A stretch of DNA of 64,000 nt from Somniosus microcephalus (GCA_052327205.1 CM126211.1:153264001-153328000), one strand, 5' to 3'; positions 47,401 to 62,528 are shown, numbered from the stretch's first letter. A program made the numbers and translations. The notes: generated by a model not told the origin, from the letters alone.

Positions 47401-50400
47401 ATATGCGTCTGGACTCTGCTGCTGAAATTAACCGTCTATTTCACAACACTCACAATGCAGTTTATAGTTTCTGTCTGGCAGTTTCATAAAACCACATCGT
47501 TGGCTTTTTGGTGTCATGCTGGTGTGTGTGGTTTCCAGAAACAAAATGCTACGTATGTAAAAGAAAAGCATAATGTTTCTTTAATTGCACACATCACCGA
47601 TCGGTCACTGCTGTAATATTTACAAACTGGTCAACTTGACCTCATAAATTATCACTGAAAAAAAGTACAGTAAAAAGATTGGCAAATGTACGTTTTAAAG
47701 CACGCTTAAATACTTAGGTTTCATATTGTTTTACTATCTTGTTTTAATCGTATTTGAAGACTTTGTCAAATATTTATTGAAACTTTATAAGCTAAATTAT
47801 TGATTCTGCCAAATACAAAGGTACTTCCACCTTGTTGTTACTATTACTAGTTAGATGGCGAGGTTAATTATCGCTGCGATGCAGTAGAAATAATGGGAAT
47901 ATTATGTGTGTGTGTGTGTGTTTTGTGAATATTCCATTACTTGCTGTTTTTCTCGCGGCTAATTCTGATGCGGGTCGATGTGGAGCCTGGTGAGAAGAAT
48001 TAGTATGTGGAGGACAAGGATGTCAAAGTTAGAGCAATTCTGACGAGAAAGACAAAGTGACAGAATAGAGGGTGGGAGGGGGGAGGAGGGATAATATCTG
48101 AAACATCAAACAAGCCCCGGGGCGGATTAACCCTTTCAACCATAGACCTCATTTACAAAGGATACCATAAAATATTGCTGTTTAAATGTTTCCAGGATAC
48201 CTTCAGCTGAAGGTTAACTTCCTCATAAATGTTACTTTTTTTAGTATAATGGAAAACTGGAAGGAAAATATTTTCTTCAGCTTCTTATGACTAGTGAAAA
48301 CGCAAAATTTGCATTATGGATCACTAAAACATTATACATGGAAAGCGGCTAATTGCTGTTATGTTCTCCTATTTAATAATCAAATATGCACTAAAAGTTA
48401 GATCCTGAAGTTAAAATAATCAGATTTATGTAATGACACCGTTTATGTTAAAATAAATATTAATGCCAGTGATCATTAAAACCTGATAATAACGATTGTG
48501 TCGAGCTTAATGGAATCCGTTGACCAGCAGAAGTGCTGTTCTTAAATTGATCAGGTAGGTAAGCTCAACATTGTTACTGTTCGTAGTATTTGTGTTTTGT
48601 GTATATGCATGAACTATTGTGAGGTTAATCTTTGTCAACATGGAAAAGGTTATCTAGAACTGAAGTGCATTGACTACCAGACCAAAGGAGTCAACAACAC
48701 AAATTCCTATCAAAAATACGAGGCCTATAAATGTGTGCCATATAGTACACTGCAGTACTCATGAATATGTGCATATGAATGGTGGGACGAAATGCATGCA
48801 CACTAACAGGCATATGTTCTTATGAACCAATATACGGTACGACATGCCTGTGTACAACACATAATCAGTAGGACAGATTGTGCACGCACCTTAAGCACAG
48901 AAACTGAGACATGCTCATTAATTAGAATATGGTACATATGAATGCAATATGGAGCAACATGTAGGTACAAACGGTGAGTCTTATATCCTGGGTTTGTTAT
49001 GGCATTGAGCATAACGGTACGAAATGCTTGGACAGATGCTTAACAGCGCACTTTTTCTTAGATTGCTCTTCACAATGAACAACAGATGCCCTTTGCTATA
49101 GCTCCATTATATCCTGCTGCAGAATTTCAGATGGCACCATATGGCTGGTCAAGTCTGAGCTGAACAGGTATGTGCAATTTTGAAATACATTTCAGAGTTA
49201 CTTTGAATCTGGCGAGCCGTGTTCTGTAGATTGCGTAAGTCGCACAGTAAATGTAGGAAACCCCTAGAGTAGGAATGAGATGACAAAAATGGTCGTTCTT
49301 GAATACCGCTACACTTGCTTGGAAAAAAAGAGGTTTTTTTAAATAAGGAATTTAGAGGAGGTGAATTCGGATATTGTAGTCACTGCCGTTCATCTGCGTT
49401 TGAATCGGAAACATTTCCAGTCTGTGATAGTGTAAGTCCCGTTGGCCCATATAATGATTTTATCAGTATTTTAAATGTACAGGAATCTTTCATTCTGCCA
49501 TCACCACAGTCCACAACAATCCTTATAACAATTCTGTTAGCGCTAACAAAAATGCAGTGTGTTAACTGTCTTTATATCTTTTCCATTTTAAAATTAAATC
49601 CGTTAAACAAGCAAAGAAAACAGAAAGTTTTGTCTGCGATGATTTTGCTGCATGCATCTGAACTATCAGCGATGGGAAGAAGCATTCTTTCCAGAGCTGC
49701 CCTTGTAGTTATCTATCTCAATTACAATGTTATTTTCCCAATAATACTAATTAAGAAATGTGCATAGTTCCGCACATTTCTCCCATCTTGTTTGCTCATA
49801 TTCAGCGCACTAGAATTAGGAGAACATATGTGCATTTTTAAAGGAAATATGAGTTTTTTAAAGTGAGAGAAGTCTTAGAATTCGCAAGGGTTAGTACTTA
49901 TGGGAGTTAAATGTCACTGGTCACTGTCAATAATTTGGGCGTGAGCCCACGAGTCCATATTTTTTTTGCATTTTTAACTCAGTTACTTTTCCCACGGAAT
50001 CACACAGCCCTTGTGTACCAAATTACAACACGTAACGCATATACGAAAATCGGAGTTAAACTCAGCCGGTAGCCAGCTTCCACATCTGAGCTTATTTGGC
50101 TAATAATCTCTAGGCTTTAAACCATGCTGCAAATTCAACCCGTGCACAGTACAGATGGTCGGCAGCGCACACTGCGTTCGGGGAGTTCTTTTAAATCAAC
50201 CACCATCTTTGCTCCCAATCCATATTACACTACCTTACTGTAAGAAACAAAAATAGTGACAGTAAATCTACCAAACATTTTAGAGGAAATTAAGTTAATT
50301 GAACAACGCAGATAACTTGTCAATTGAAGAGTTTATGCTCAATGAGATTATTTGAGAAGTTCATACCCAGGAGAAATGCCTAAAGTGTATTATTGAAATC

Positions 50401-51323
50401 TCGGTCATTTCAGACGCCTAACTAATACTTTAATACTAGCCGAAGGTCAGTAGGCAGCGAAACTAAGGATCAACTCGTGTACAACTATTTGGTATTCTCT
50501 TTCCATCAAAATGGCTTTGAATACTGTAAGGACGATTAACCATATTTTTCTTCGAAAAAATGTGTCAAATCAGCTTCCCGAAGTGAATTGGGTTTGGTGT
50601 GTGGAACAGTGGAACACAAGTAACAACTGCTGTTAAGAACAATAAGAGTTCAACTTCAGTGGTTACAAGGCTTGCTGATAGTTTGTTACAGTACTCACAG
50701 GCACATGCTGAGCGCATTATGGTACATTATAATGGTCACTCCTATAGCTTGAGGTAAAATAGCTGCGTACCATCGTCAGAAAGCTGGCCACGTCTTTCGG
50801 AAGCCGGGGGATTTTGCAGCACGCAAGTCTCATCATAAGACTTGATTTGTTTAGAATGAGTTGCAAACGATACCGTTCTTTTTACGCAACATCCACGCAG
50901 ACACACGTTTGCTTGGGGAGTCCTACACTTTCCTATAACCCCGTAAAGCCGTATCTGGAATGTAGGGGCATATCGGCACTTTTCTGTAGAAATGAATAAC
51001 CTAGGTGTGTTCAGATTTGGCTCTTTATACGTAGCGATGCTGTTTTAATGGTCGATGAAAGCATAATACATCAACACAGGACATCAAATGAGGATGGATG
51101 GTGTCTGAGTAGATTTGCAGCATTGTGTTTATAGACGTTTCTATAGATGCAGGGCCAGTATAATGCGACAGGTGGGCAACAGCTTGTTGGGTGATGTTGG
51201 AGAGCAACAGTCAATACGTTCTTCCTTAGTCTCTTTTGCCACGTAAAATGACAGGCCTGTGACCATAAAACTGGCACATGAAAACCAAACTTAGACCTGG
51301 AAGATGAAAGGCTAAACTGCAAG

Positions 51324-51390
51324 GTCAGGCTTTATACATGAACTCTTAGCATCTCAACGTCAGGCTTTATACATGAACTCTTAGCATCTC
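51324..51390. repeat. Tandem duplication with 35-bp period
   Basis: gtcaggctttatacatgaactcttagcatctc occurs at 51324 and 51359. Confidence 0.9.
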
Positions 51391-52074
51391 TACCAATTGT
51401 CTTAAAGCAGCAATGGTCTCATCAGATAAGCTATGATAGCCAACAAGTGCAGGTAAATCCTTACAAATGCCAATAAATGTTATATTGCCACCAGCATTGT
51501 GCTTTGATATGAATATAATAATCCTGCTAGAACCACTACATAACGAGAATTATATATTGAAATTCTATGCTTGGGTCAGATAAGACTCCAGCGCGTAAAA
51601 CAAGCGCCATCTCATTTCCTGACATTAATACACTACAAATATTGAATACAATAAACATCAATAAAACTCTTACTAGTTGGAGAAATTACCATTGATGGTG
51701 CCTGTACACTGGAGATTGCTTCTATAATCTAAAGGACTAATCGAATCCTGAAAATTGCACAATATTTATTGTATGTACGAAAGTCAACCTTACATTGAGG
51801 TAGGAAATAGTTTCCACTTGAGTTTGGAAGAACATAGCTGGTGACTTGCGATGTTAGCAGCTCAATCTTTATTCAATCGGTGACTGACATCGAATAGTTG
51901 ATAATAGCGAGGCTGGGCTCCATCGCAGGTTACTGTTCTTTAACCAATCCTATTTAACACATCAGTTCAATGGTACAGTAGAATGGATATAACCCAATTT
52001 AATACAACATTTATGTATTTAGTTTTTTGAGTCATTCCCTCTCCTTCCTTATCTCCCTTTCTTGGTTCTCGGAT

Positions 52075-52225
52075 TCTTACTTGAATGGGGAAAATGTGCA
52101 AGGCTATGTGGAAAGAGCGGGGGAGTGGGACTAATTGATAGCTCGATTCAAAGAGCCGGCACGGGCACGATGGGCCGAATGGCCTTCTTCTGTGCTGTTT
52201 CATTCTATGATTCAATGGTTCTATG
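52075..52225 (+). mobile_element. CR1 3' tail fragment
   Basis: gagccggcacgggcacgatgggccgaatggccttcttctgtgctg followed by an (attctatg)-like tail. Confidence 0.75.
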
Positions 52226-53219
52226 TGCATTCTGTGACTTGGAAGATGATGAAGGGAAGGGGGTGGCACGATCCCTGACCTCTACCAATGCTGCACTGAA
52301 ACGGAACATTCAGAGATAGATGCATGTTATGTCCTCGTGATATTTATGTCATCTAATGCAACCAAGTGACTTATAAACAATCAATTTGTGAATGTACTAT
52401 GGTTTGGATTGATGAGTTCTACTAATACTGTATCACAAGTCCTTTGTTGTAATATTTAAAAAATAAAATTGCTAAGATATTTTACACTTTTATTATATTT
52501 AAGAGATCGTTTTCTCTATAGATATATTACCAATGATATATGTTTAACTTCATGAAGATATTCATTTTCACGGACATTGGATGGTACATAACATACTAAA
52601 ACATTGCAGTGCAATTTGTGTCATTGTTATGTGTTGTGTGGGAGTATCAATCCATCTGTTTTGTTCCATATCCCTTGGCTCACCTGCAGCTGAGAACGCA
52701 AATAGGTGTCCTGCCCTTAGGTCCCTGCCAGCTCTCTCACTGTGCTGGGACATCCACTGGGAAGCACCCAACGGTCATAATCACCTGGGGATAACTTTCC
52801 CTTCAATTGGTCTACTCTCTTGGGAAAGTGCCTGACCCTCTCGATACAGCAGCGCGGTTGAGAAAGAGGAGATTGCAGCTGCCTGCCAGCTCTGGTATGG
52901 TTGTGTGTGTGCATCACCTGTTATGATTGATCCCTAAAATTCCCTGTGGCCCCAACAAGATGTGATAACCATCAGCAGTGGTCTTATTAAATTATGTGAA
53001 GTATTATATATCGTGTGCGGAAATGTGTTACAAACAGTGTGGTGAATGGTTTATCTAGTGTAAGCCAAGTTCTTATATATAGTGTGACGAAATTGTATAT
53101 TTAGTGGGAACGATAATATAGTGTGGGAAATGAAGTTGTATCTAGTGCAAGGAAACATAGTTTGTACAGTGTAGGGAACAGCTTTATACTTTGTAATGGG
53201 AACAGTATTACATGTAGGG

Positions 53220-53430
53220 GTGTGGAACTCCCTCCCTAAACCTGTCCGCCTCGCTACCTCTCTTTCCTCCTTTTAGACACTCCTTCAAACCTACCTCTTA
53301 AACCAAGCTTTTGCTCACCCGCCCTAATTTCTCCTCATATGGCTCGTTGTCAAATTGTTTGTCTTATAACACACCTTGGGACGTTTTACTACGTTAAAGG
53401 CACTATATAAATACAAGTTGTTGTTGTGTT
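53220..53430 (+). mobile_element. L2-type 3' fragment
   Basis: tggaactccctccctaaacc...ttgggacgttttactacgttaaaggcactatataaatacaagttgttgttg. Confidence 0.75.
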
Positions 53431-53844
53431 GGTAACATATTTATAGTGTGGAAATTGTATTATATTCTTTTTAGGATTCCTGTAGCATCCAGCATGCCCT
53501 AAGAATGCAAGCAAGTTCCCCTCTCCTAAGACTCTGCTAGTGCCACTCTGGAGTGGGTTTCTAGAGATATATAAGTATGCTTGAGGTGATACCTGACTTT
53601 GTGATACACCAAGGGGTTGTGTCACAGCACTGTCACTAAGAGCAATTGATAAACCATCTATGAATTGAGGCATTAGGCTACAACCATTTCATTTACTCAC
53701 AACTACCCATCATTGTCCGTAAATTGCAGTGTGTAGGGAATTTTAACTTAATATTTTGTAGTTTTTTGTGAAATTTCATGGGTATTTTGAGCTTTGGGAA
53801 GTTATCATTGTGACAATACACCGAAGATAATATGAAGCGCCATA

Positions 53845-53978
53845 GAACTGACGAAGGGGCATCGACCTGAAACGTTAACTCTGTTTCTCTCTCCACAGAT
53901 GCTGCCTGACCTGCTGAGTATTTCCAGCATTTTCTGTTTTTATTTCAGATTTCCGGCATCCGCAGTATTTTGCTTTTA
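53845..53978 (+). mobile_element. Penelope-like terminal repeat with hammerhead core
   Basis: ctgacga-aggggcatcgacct-gaaa-cgtt-aact at 53848-53880; the 5' strand of stem I is mismatched. Confidence 0.7.
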
Positions 53979-56900
53979 CGATGGAAGTGTTGGAAGTGTG
54001 CCTGAGCAACCGGCAGCCACAGCAGCGCTCAAAGGTTTGTTATATTCACCAGTGACGTAGATTCATCTGCAAATAACTAGCAACAAAATACAGAGAAACT
54101 GTACACACAGTAGCTGGCAAACCTTTCACTTTTAATCAATGTATTAACATTGTAGTCTTCCAAGGTGATTAAAATGTGTCGTCTTGTTTGATTGCATTTT
54201 GTCATATGTATTTTTTATGATTTGTAAGTTAACGGTGATTTATCTAAATATTACAGCAGCGTCCGAATGTGACACCGTGACTGAAGCTATGAGGCACTGA
54301 CGTAATTCAAAGGTGGACTTTTTTTTAACCATTTTTGCAGGCCAACGGTTCTGATCAGATGAAGGATGTCGGTGCTTTTGGTGTGTTATTGGACCAGCCT
54401 TACCACCTAGTCTCCAAAGGCGCCCTCTTTCACAGCCTCGGAGTGAGGGTTTCAATCTGGGGGCTAATCCACGTTGAACTGCGGAGAGTTTAGTTGTAGA
54501 TTTGAAGTCACTAAGAATGAGGCCGAGTCTGTTCAAAATCATTTCAAGAAAGATTTTCGCACTGACCAGAGGGGAAACTTCCATCCCATCAGTCTGTGTT
54601 TGATTCGATCTCACGTCCCACAGTTGGAAGAGCAGTTGTTAATCCACTCACCACGCAGCTGCAGCCCGCTCACCACAGCCATTGTTCCAGTACAGTATTG
54701 GAAACACCTTCAGACGTGTTCATGCGCATTGCTGCCCTCTGCTGCTGAATGTAAAGTTTAAACTGTATTAACTCGATTCGCGTTCAATGCATTATTAGTC
54801 AGATCTAAGAATTAAACCTTTTTTTAGTAAGGGGATAAATACCACTTACAGTACAGTTATAAAACAATTTTAAAGAACTCTGATATGAAGTGACTTAAGA
54901 TAGAAAGACTTACTTTAAATTTTATTTGAAATTGTGGTGGAACAATAATAAGAACATACAAAAACACACCGTCACTAAACAACGTATAACTATTTAAAAG
55001 TATGTGCAGTCACCAGTGTAGAGGGATTCATCGGAATTGCATCATCTGAGCAATATCTGGATACTGTGGCGTGTTGTGCTGGCCACAGTCACTGTTACCA
55101 CTTATCCAATGGGCCGTGTTGCCAGTTATCGTGGAGACTGCCCATTGCTATGGAATGCGGTAGTTGCTAAAATAACAGAAAACAGATTTAAATTGAAGTT
55201 TTCTTAATAGTATTTAAATTATTATTAATATATAATAATAGTACATTCCTCATAATAGCGACTGTTTGTAACATAGCCGGTAAACTCCGGAGTGCAATGT
55301 CTAGGGGCATGTCATACATTCAATGTTACGCCAAGTTTGTGAAGTGTATGTTTACATTTTCTATCTGTCTACAGATAAAGTTAGTGAATTGCATTACTTC
55401 ATTGTTTTACTGTCCTTAATGAATAAACGTATTTTTCGAAACGAGGATGTGAAAAGTGTGAGTTTAAAGCACGTCATGGAATCTGACCATAGACTTGTGG
55501 GATCGCATAACCTCGGTTTCACTTAAAACCTGTAATCATTTGCGACGTAAGCTAAAGTCCGAAATATGTTTTAAACGTAGAACAAGAAATATTTTAATGC
55601 AAAACTTCCAAATATCACACGTGCATTGAGTGACCGTGATGTCCAAGTGTTGTAATGTTTGCCTGTGAACTCTCAACCATACTGGTATCTTATTAATGGC
55701 ACATTATCCACACCGAGCGTACCTGGTTGTGCTTATGTTTCTTATTCATTTTAAAATACACCTTCTTCGTTTCTACCCTAAAACAATCACCCAGTTTATG
55801 TTTATTCATTTAGTCGGTGGTATATATGAGCACCGGTGTAAAACTAGTCCTGACGGCGATGAAATATGTTTAATGGATGGGTGAAAGCTTGAAAGACCAG
55901 CTGGGAAAATACAGGTAAAGATTTTAAACCTTTGAATTGCGCTGTGAATTAAGCCGTACTGTTGGCGTTGTTCAGCTGAATATCCTCACCACCATCTCCC
56001 GAAAGTATTCTACAGGAGACTTTTGTAAGCACAGGGCTGTGGCAGAGTTGTAGGGAAGCATGTGTCTGTGATGCAAGGTGCAAAGCAAATCAGTCCCTTG
56101 CTTTGTAATAATAAAGCTAGCCCTGATGTCAAGGAGATCATGTTCCAGTCTCTGTCCTGTTTTCAATCTTGTTTCAAATCTAATGTATTAAATGGTATAT
56201 CCTTTAGGGTCTATTCCTCCCTCCCATCCCAGTAAGTGTTCACGCCAGCCTCGATCATGTGTTCTCCACTTGACATTTGCAGCGTCCCCTGAGTTTTAGT
56301 TCTGCGTTCATTTTGCCCATCAGTTGGCCACGGTTTGCGGTGCCGCGGAGAGATGCACGGAGCACTTTCAGCTCCTCGCTTTACCACACACGGAATCATC
56401 AAACGCATCGGCCATGCAAATACATCCCTCCGCGTGCTTTCATTTAAATCTCCCGCCCCCCGCATGCTTTCATTTGAAATACGCCGTTCTTATGACGCAC
56501 GTGTAGTATCATTTCCACAACAAAAAAAATCCCTTTCGCCCCCGAGAGGTGATTGATGGGGACACGCTCACAAAATGCTAGCGGCTGTTCTCTTCAGGCG
56601 CTTGGCAGCGTCCATTCCGGGCGCGCTTCCCATCATTTCAAACACCAGCACATTACTTTCACTTTTAACATATGGGTGATGTCGGCGCGACAGGAAAGTC
56701 ACGAGGATTTTCCTCCCGAGTCTTTAAATCTTGTCAAAGGTCAAGCAAGACGTGTCTTCTGTTTATTACGGTATGCGTGAACGTGGGGCTAAATGCAGAG
56801 GGATCTATATTAACATACAGCATTTTGTAGCGGGTCAAAGCAGTTCGTGCAAAGCTCTGCAGCTGGTAAATAAAGCAGCCGGCAATCAGTGTTGTGTACA

Positions 56901-57884
56901 AATAGGGAAGGCCTGCTTTTCACCATTGAATGGCCATAAGGGGCTCGCCGGCTTTTTACACGGACGTGCAAAGGATCGATATTAAACATGAAAAATTGGG
57001 AAGTGTGCTAATGTAAATTGCTGAGGCGCGCGTCGTTCACTTGGCTCCAGAATTTGCAGCAACGCTGCTGTCCATCATTCCTAATACGTGCTGTCAGTAG
57101 CAGTACAACAAGACTCCACAGCAACCGGAGAGGCAGAAGCCCAGACACAATATACACTGTGTCTGAATATATGTATATACCGTTCAATGTACAAAAATAC
57201 CGCCCCCCCAAAAAAAATCCTCCCCTTTTCTGGTGTACATTCGAATGAGGCGTTTCTGTAACTCAACCTTTCAAATAGAAGCCAGATTACACATTCACCT
57301 GGTAAATGTGTCGGCACCTATGTCTGTCACTGCACGGAGCGGAGAATGAAGTGAAGTAAAGGGACAGAGCTATCGGTAGTATCAAGCCTAACTTTACTCT
57401 TTAGCACGCACCTATACAGAGCAAAGGAATAGTCCTCGCTGACCAGGAGCACAGACCCCTCTACCTCAAACATAAAGTCAGATTCCCTTTCGAAGGATAG
57501 TTGCTTTGAACAGACATTAAAAACACACAAGAACTATCGGCTTTTTTGAATCCTATATTATATAGTCTAGTAGACGTTAGAGTTTACCAGTCACATTAAA
57601 GTTTATGAAGTTCTCACATGGTCGACTTATCAATGAGTATTTGCGGCGAGTTGTTAATCGAAATCTCTGAGTAGCTGTTTGGAATTCTGGCTTCGTGCGC
57701 TCTTTGATAAACACCCACCAGTTTATGGCACCTGGGCGAAATAGTTGTACAGAGAGGGAGCAGAGAAACAGGCGAATTAAAGATGCGCTGCTTATCAAAA
57801 CTAAATACGGCCCTCAAAAGCAAAACCGTAAAACTAAAAAAAAACCTGTAAACATGCTGTTAACTTTCCATCAAAGCGACACAT

Positions 57885-57993
57885 TGAATCATAGAAATTT
57901 GCGGCACAGGGTGGAGGCCATTCGGCCCATCGTGTCTGTGCCGGCAATATGAGACGCTTTTCACATCGATAGATAGATAGATAGATAGATAGA
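57885..57993. repeat. Short CR1 tail (-) followed by a (GATA)n microsatellite
   Basis: gaatcatagaa...ggaggccattcggcccatcgtgtctgtgccggc, then a gatagata run at ~57968-57993. Confidence 0.75.
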
Positions 57994-60900
57994 TTTATTA
58001 AAGAGCACTCCATGTCAATGTTTAAATCTGTTAGGTTTGTTGATAAGAAGGTTGCATTTATTCTATTTACTATACTTTTTATTTTTAATGTGTCGTTTAT
58101 TTGAATGTTAACTATTTGAATCGGTGACGTACACCATTAAATCAAAAAACAAGCAATCTAGAAATAAATACTCCAATTATATGCGATGGCGACACATAAA
58201 TTAAAGATTTAAAAGCCTAAACAAAGTGTCAGAAGATTAGTGTTGGTCACGATTTTGAGATGATCTGCGATGAGATTTCGGGTAGACTGTGAAAGACTGA
58301 TTGACTTTAAGCTGAAGGGATTCAGTGCAGAATGAGGTGAGTGGGGATTAGAATGGATCTGCTGAGAGATGCGGGCTCTGACACCAGTGGCTGATCGTTA
58401 CCAGTGGATCTCTGACGATTAAACGACAAATCCCTGCTCAGTAGATCTCCACCGATTGATGCCAATCCCCAGAGGGTTATAGCAGAGAGCGTTCAAGGCG
58501 TCTGTAGGGAACAACATCCAATGAGAATACGGTCACTTTAGATTATTATAACATATATATAATACTGGCAATGCTTGAGATCTGCTTTCATCTTTTGTCT
58601 CTTTATGATATTGTCTTCGAATTTCACTTTTGTTTTGTAATTTAAATACCCATTAAAAAAAACCAACACGCTTGCTATTTATCCTGTAAAAGTGGCATCA
58701 AATCCACCCCACGCAAACTCGGTCATTTTCAGTTCAATGACTATAAAAAGTTCTTCTTGTGTCAGATTCTAGCGGATGCCAATTACATCGTCTTCATTTC
58801 ACCGACTACAAATCCCAAGCTGCCTCGCTATTTCAGAGTGACCAGCGAATGGCTGACAAGGGACTTGGGACTGCCTATATTTATCAGCTCTCACTGTGAC
58901 CTGTCAGTATGTCACATGACCTCCCAATACCTCTTTGTCAGAAAGTGACTTGGGAGAACACGCCAGGGCAAATCCTAAGTTGCCAAGTGTCAGACATAAA
59001 GGCAGTGAGCAAGGTTACCACATCACAAAACTTTCCTCGTCAGCCAGAAACAAAAAGACAAGTTTGGCTGCTAGGTGCGAAAATCCCTGCTCTAATGCTG
59101 CACTGGTTCATTTCCGTAGTGAAATTCCTGAATTTCGTGTATATTAAGTATAGAACTGACGGCAGCACGTTAAAGCTCCGAATCCTGTATCGCTGGAGCT
59201 TTTAATAACTTTGAATATTTTCGAAAACATGACGAGAACAACTCAAAATTACTGACTCACTAAATTGTGCGACTTGATACACCTAATGAGAAGAGAACAT
59301 TCCTGAAAATGACCCTCTCACGGATAACTAATGGTCTAGAATCGCATTCTTGGCCAATAGATCTTGAATGACCTGCTCACAGTACTCTGCAGTGTGACCA
59401 ACCTTCCGTGACCACCGATTCTCAAGCCCCAGTCTGATAGATACATAATGATCAAAAAGGTAGAATCATACGCAATAAAGGATTCTGGAGGCCGATCTGC
59501 GGATAAACCCGAGGGATTGCAGAGATTCCATGTTTATCTGGTGCCATGGTGACCGTCTTTCTGCAGTTGTCCCCTTCGGTGGAGCTGGACACTGATCCCA
59601 TTAAACTGCTGCGAGGCAACATTTGCCTACTTTCATTCTTTAGCAATGGTCTCGCTTTCTACAGCAAATATTTCAGTCTTATAACCTGCATTAAAACTGA
59701 AAATCGGCATATTATTTAGTCCCAATGTATAGACTACATTTTAAACGGAAATATTGAGCTCGAAGCAACCGTTCTGATTTTTAAAAATTTATTTTAGAAT
59801 AAATAAATTGAAAATAAATCAGAAAACAACCATAACGACATTGAGTCCTTGTCATTTCAATGTATGTCAAGGAAAGCCCAAGGAAAAGCTTTCTGTACGA
59901 TTTCGAAAGCCTCGTATGCTGTCACTTAAAAACGCTAAACCCGCCTCGCACGGATGTGAATCCTAACTTATTTTTTCGTTTTTAGCACCATATTAGGTGA
60001 CAGAAATCATCACAGCACAAACCCTCACTCGCCTTGTTGACTTTTTACATGTCCTATCATCTCACAGGTCATCAGAAAAACTATAGACAAAAACATGAAT
60101 TAAGAAAACCTGCGCCCATCGGTATCTCAAATCCAAGCACCATTTCATTTTATTCGAAGCAAAATTCAGCTATGAATGCAACAGATTTGAACAAATTATG
60201 AGGGAGCGAAATCTTAACTTTTTAATCGGCTTTAATGCTAAGGCCTTATTTTAAAATAAAACGTATCTTGTCTAATTTAACCTAACTTTTCTCTGTGAAG
60301 AGTGAGCAATTTAAAATATATATAATTCGTGCAGTCCGACTAATACCATAACAGAAATTTCTGATCTGAAGTCTTATAGGCCTTTCAGATGGTGCACTTT
60401 ACTTTGAATATAAAATGCTTGGTCTGTATGGGAAAATTACAGTGCATTAATATATTCACATGTCCAACCCAATAGTATTTCTTACCAATAACAAGCAGAG
60501 CGCACTTTAGATAGGCGCCAATTTAAAACGTTCATATAATCGTTTCGATTCATTGCAAAGGGATTTTCTCTAAACTACATGGGGAGGCCTCCTTCAATTT
60601 CTCCACGATTAAACATACTTTCGTGTGACAAGTCTCTAATGAGGGCATTTCGCCTCAGATTTCTATAAAAACGCAGACCCAGAGCTCGAAGAAAACCCCT
60701 TGCTGATAATCTGAGAATTCAAACAGTTATCAGAAATGTTTGAACAATAAAACTAATTTTTAAAAAGAAATTAAAATTACAGAGCCCAAGAAAATGTCAT
60801 TGAAAGCTTTAATGCCACAGCCTTGGCGGTCAAATAAATAACAGACCTGTTATCGCAACAGAATAGATATTGGAAAACTCAAAATGTATAATGCAGGTAG

Positions 60901-62509
60901 TGGATGTGTATAAAGCACCCGTCTTGTACTTATCCCGCTCATACCATGGAAGGACATTGCATTGGGTGAGATTCTAGAGCCGATCATTCCCACTGTATAG
61001 AAACAATGACCAGCCATGCTGCAGTTTTAAACAGACCAGGCGCTAAAGCGAGACTAATCTTTTCACCCTCAGCCTTTCCGGTAATTACATGCCGAGTTAA
61101 ATAGATTGAAAAAATAAAAACAAATTAAAAAATAAAACAGTCCGGGCATGTAGTTGGTCTCTTCTTTTGACTCACCGATTGCTGGGCTGCTCCATGCTCA
61201 GCAGCAGCGGATCTGCCGACTTTGAAATGTTTTAGCAGATTTTCCAATCAGCCAACCTTTCACAATAAACGCCCTAACAAATTAAAATAGCAGAGTCACC
61301 ACACTTGCATATAACGAAGTCCGACTGAAAATTCCGTTTGCTTTATTTAAGCTGGCACTCAAAGTCTACAACAGGTCTTTGGAGATGCTGCAGAAAGAAG
61401 GGGTTTCTGCTTTGTTATGGAAACGACAAATCTGTTTAAACTAGAAAGGAGCGGGGGCACTGGACAGAAGCCCCTCATTATTATTATGCAAGATGAAGTC
61501 GAAATTCGTCGCAAAAAAACAAAACAAATTTGAATCTTGCCTGTATATATTTTCATGTGAAACTGTATTATTTCGATGTTAACGCCGGTCCTGTTTAAAT
61601 TTTTGCAAACGTCATCTATGCAGTGAGTGTAGCTTTAAATATTCATGCGGAAAGAATGAATTCTTAAAGGAGAACGCGCTAAAATTGCAGATTTATCCTT
61701 AAAGGTACGCATTTATGTTTTGACAATTGCAATATCTCGGACAGTGTGAATATGAGTGCTTTCCGCAGCGTTTCTTCTTCATCATACCGATTCCTTTTTG
61801 TTTGGTCTGATCCCATACATACGAATGTAAATTCAGACCCATCAATCATCCTTAACGATCTAGTCTGGTCTCACTTACTAAACCAGTCCCCAGAGACACA
61901 AGGAAGCTCTGCCGTGTTTGGAGCAACTGCTTACAAGAAAATACAAATTAGAAAAATAGGACTAAAGACTAAATATCCAATTCGAAAGATTCATATTACG
62001 GATTATACAATATTGACGAATAGTCGAAATCTAAACTATTTTAATCATTAATTCATTTGATAAGTGACTGCGAATTGCAAATGAAAAGTTTACAACCCTC
62101 ATTTATTTATAAAGTTCTGTACTTTTGCTCATATTTCGTCTTTATTGGAAATTTAAAATAGTATAACATCACGCTTTTGAATGTAGCAAATTCTTACAGA
62201 TGTAAGTTTGTTTCAAAACAGAATGCTTTTCTATTTAAAATATAAATTTAGTATATGTGTGTAATAAACAATTACATTAAACTAAGATTTTGTTTTAAGC
62301 TGAATAGTCAAATAACCTTTGTTAGTGTTGGTAGAATGCGAACGACTAATCAGTCACTAGAATTATTTTTTTTTAATTCAGATATCACTGCCATCTTATG
62401 CATACAAAAATTTCGGTTCTTAAATGTAATATTTTCCCAAATATACCCAATTCACATTTGTCTGACGGGAGAAGGAACAGATGATCCTCAGACTAATTTC
62501 CAAAGTCTT

Positions 62510-62528
62510 TAGCGCCATCTAGTGTTAA
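62510..62528 (-). promoter_or_regulatory. Candidate CTCF site
   Basis: Minus strand ACACTAGATGGCGCTA closely matches the CTCF core CCAC(C/T)AG(A/G)(G/T)GGCGC. Confidence 0.45.
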
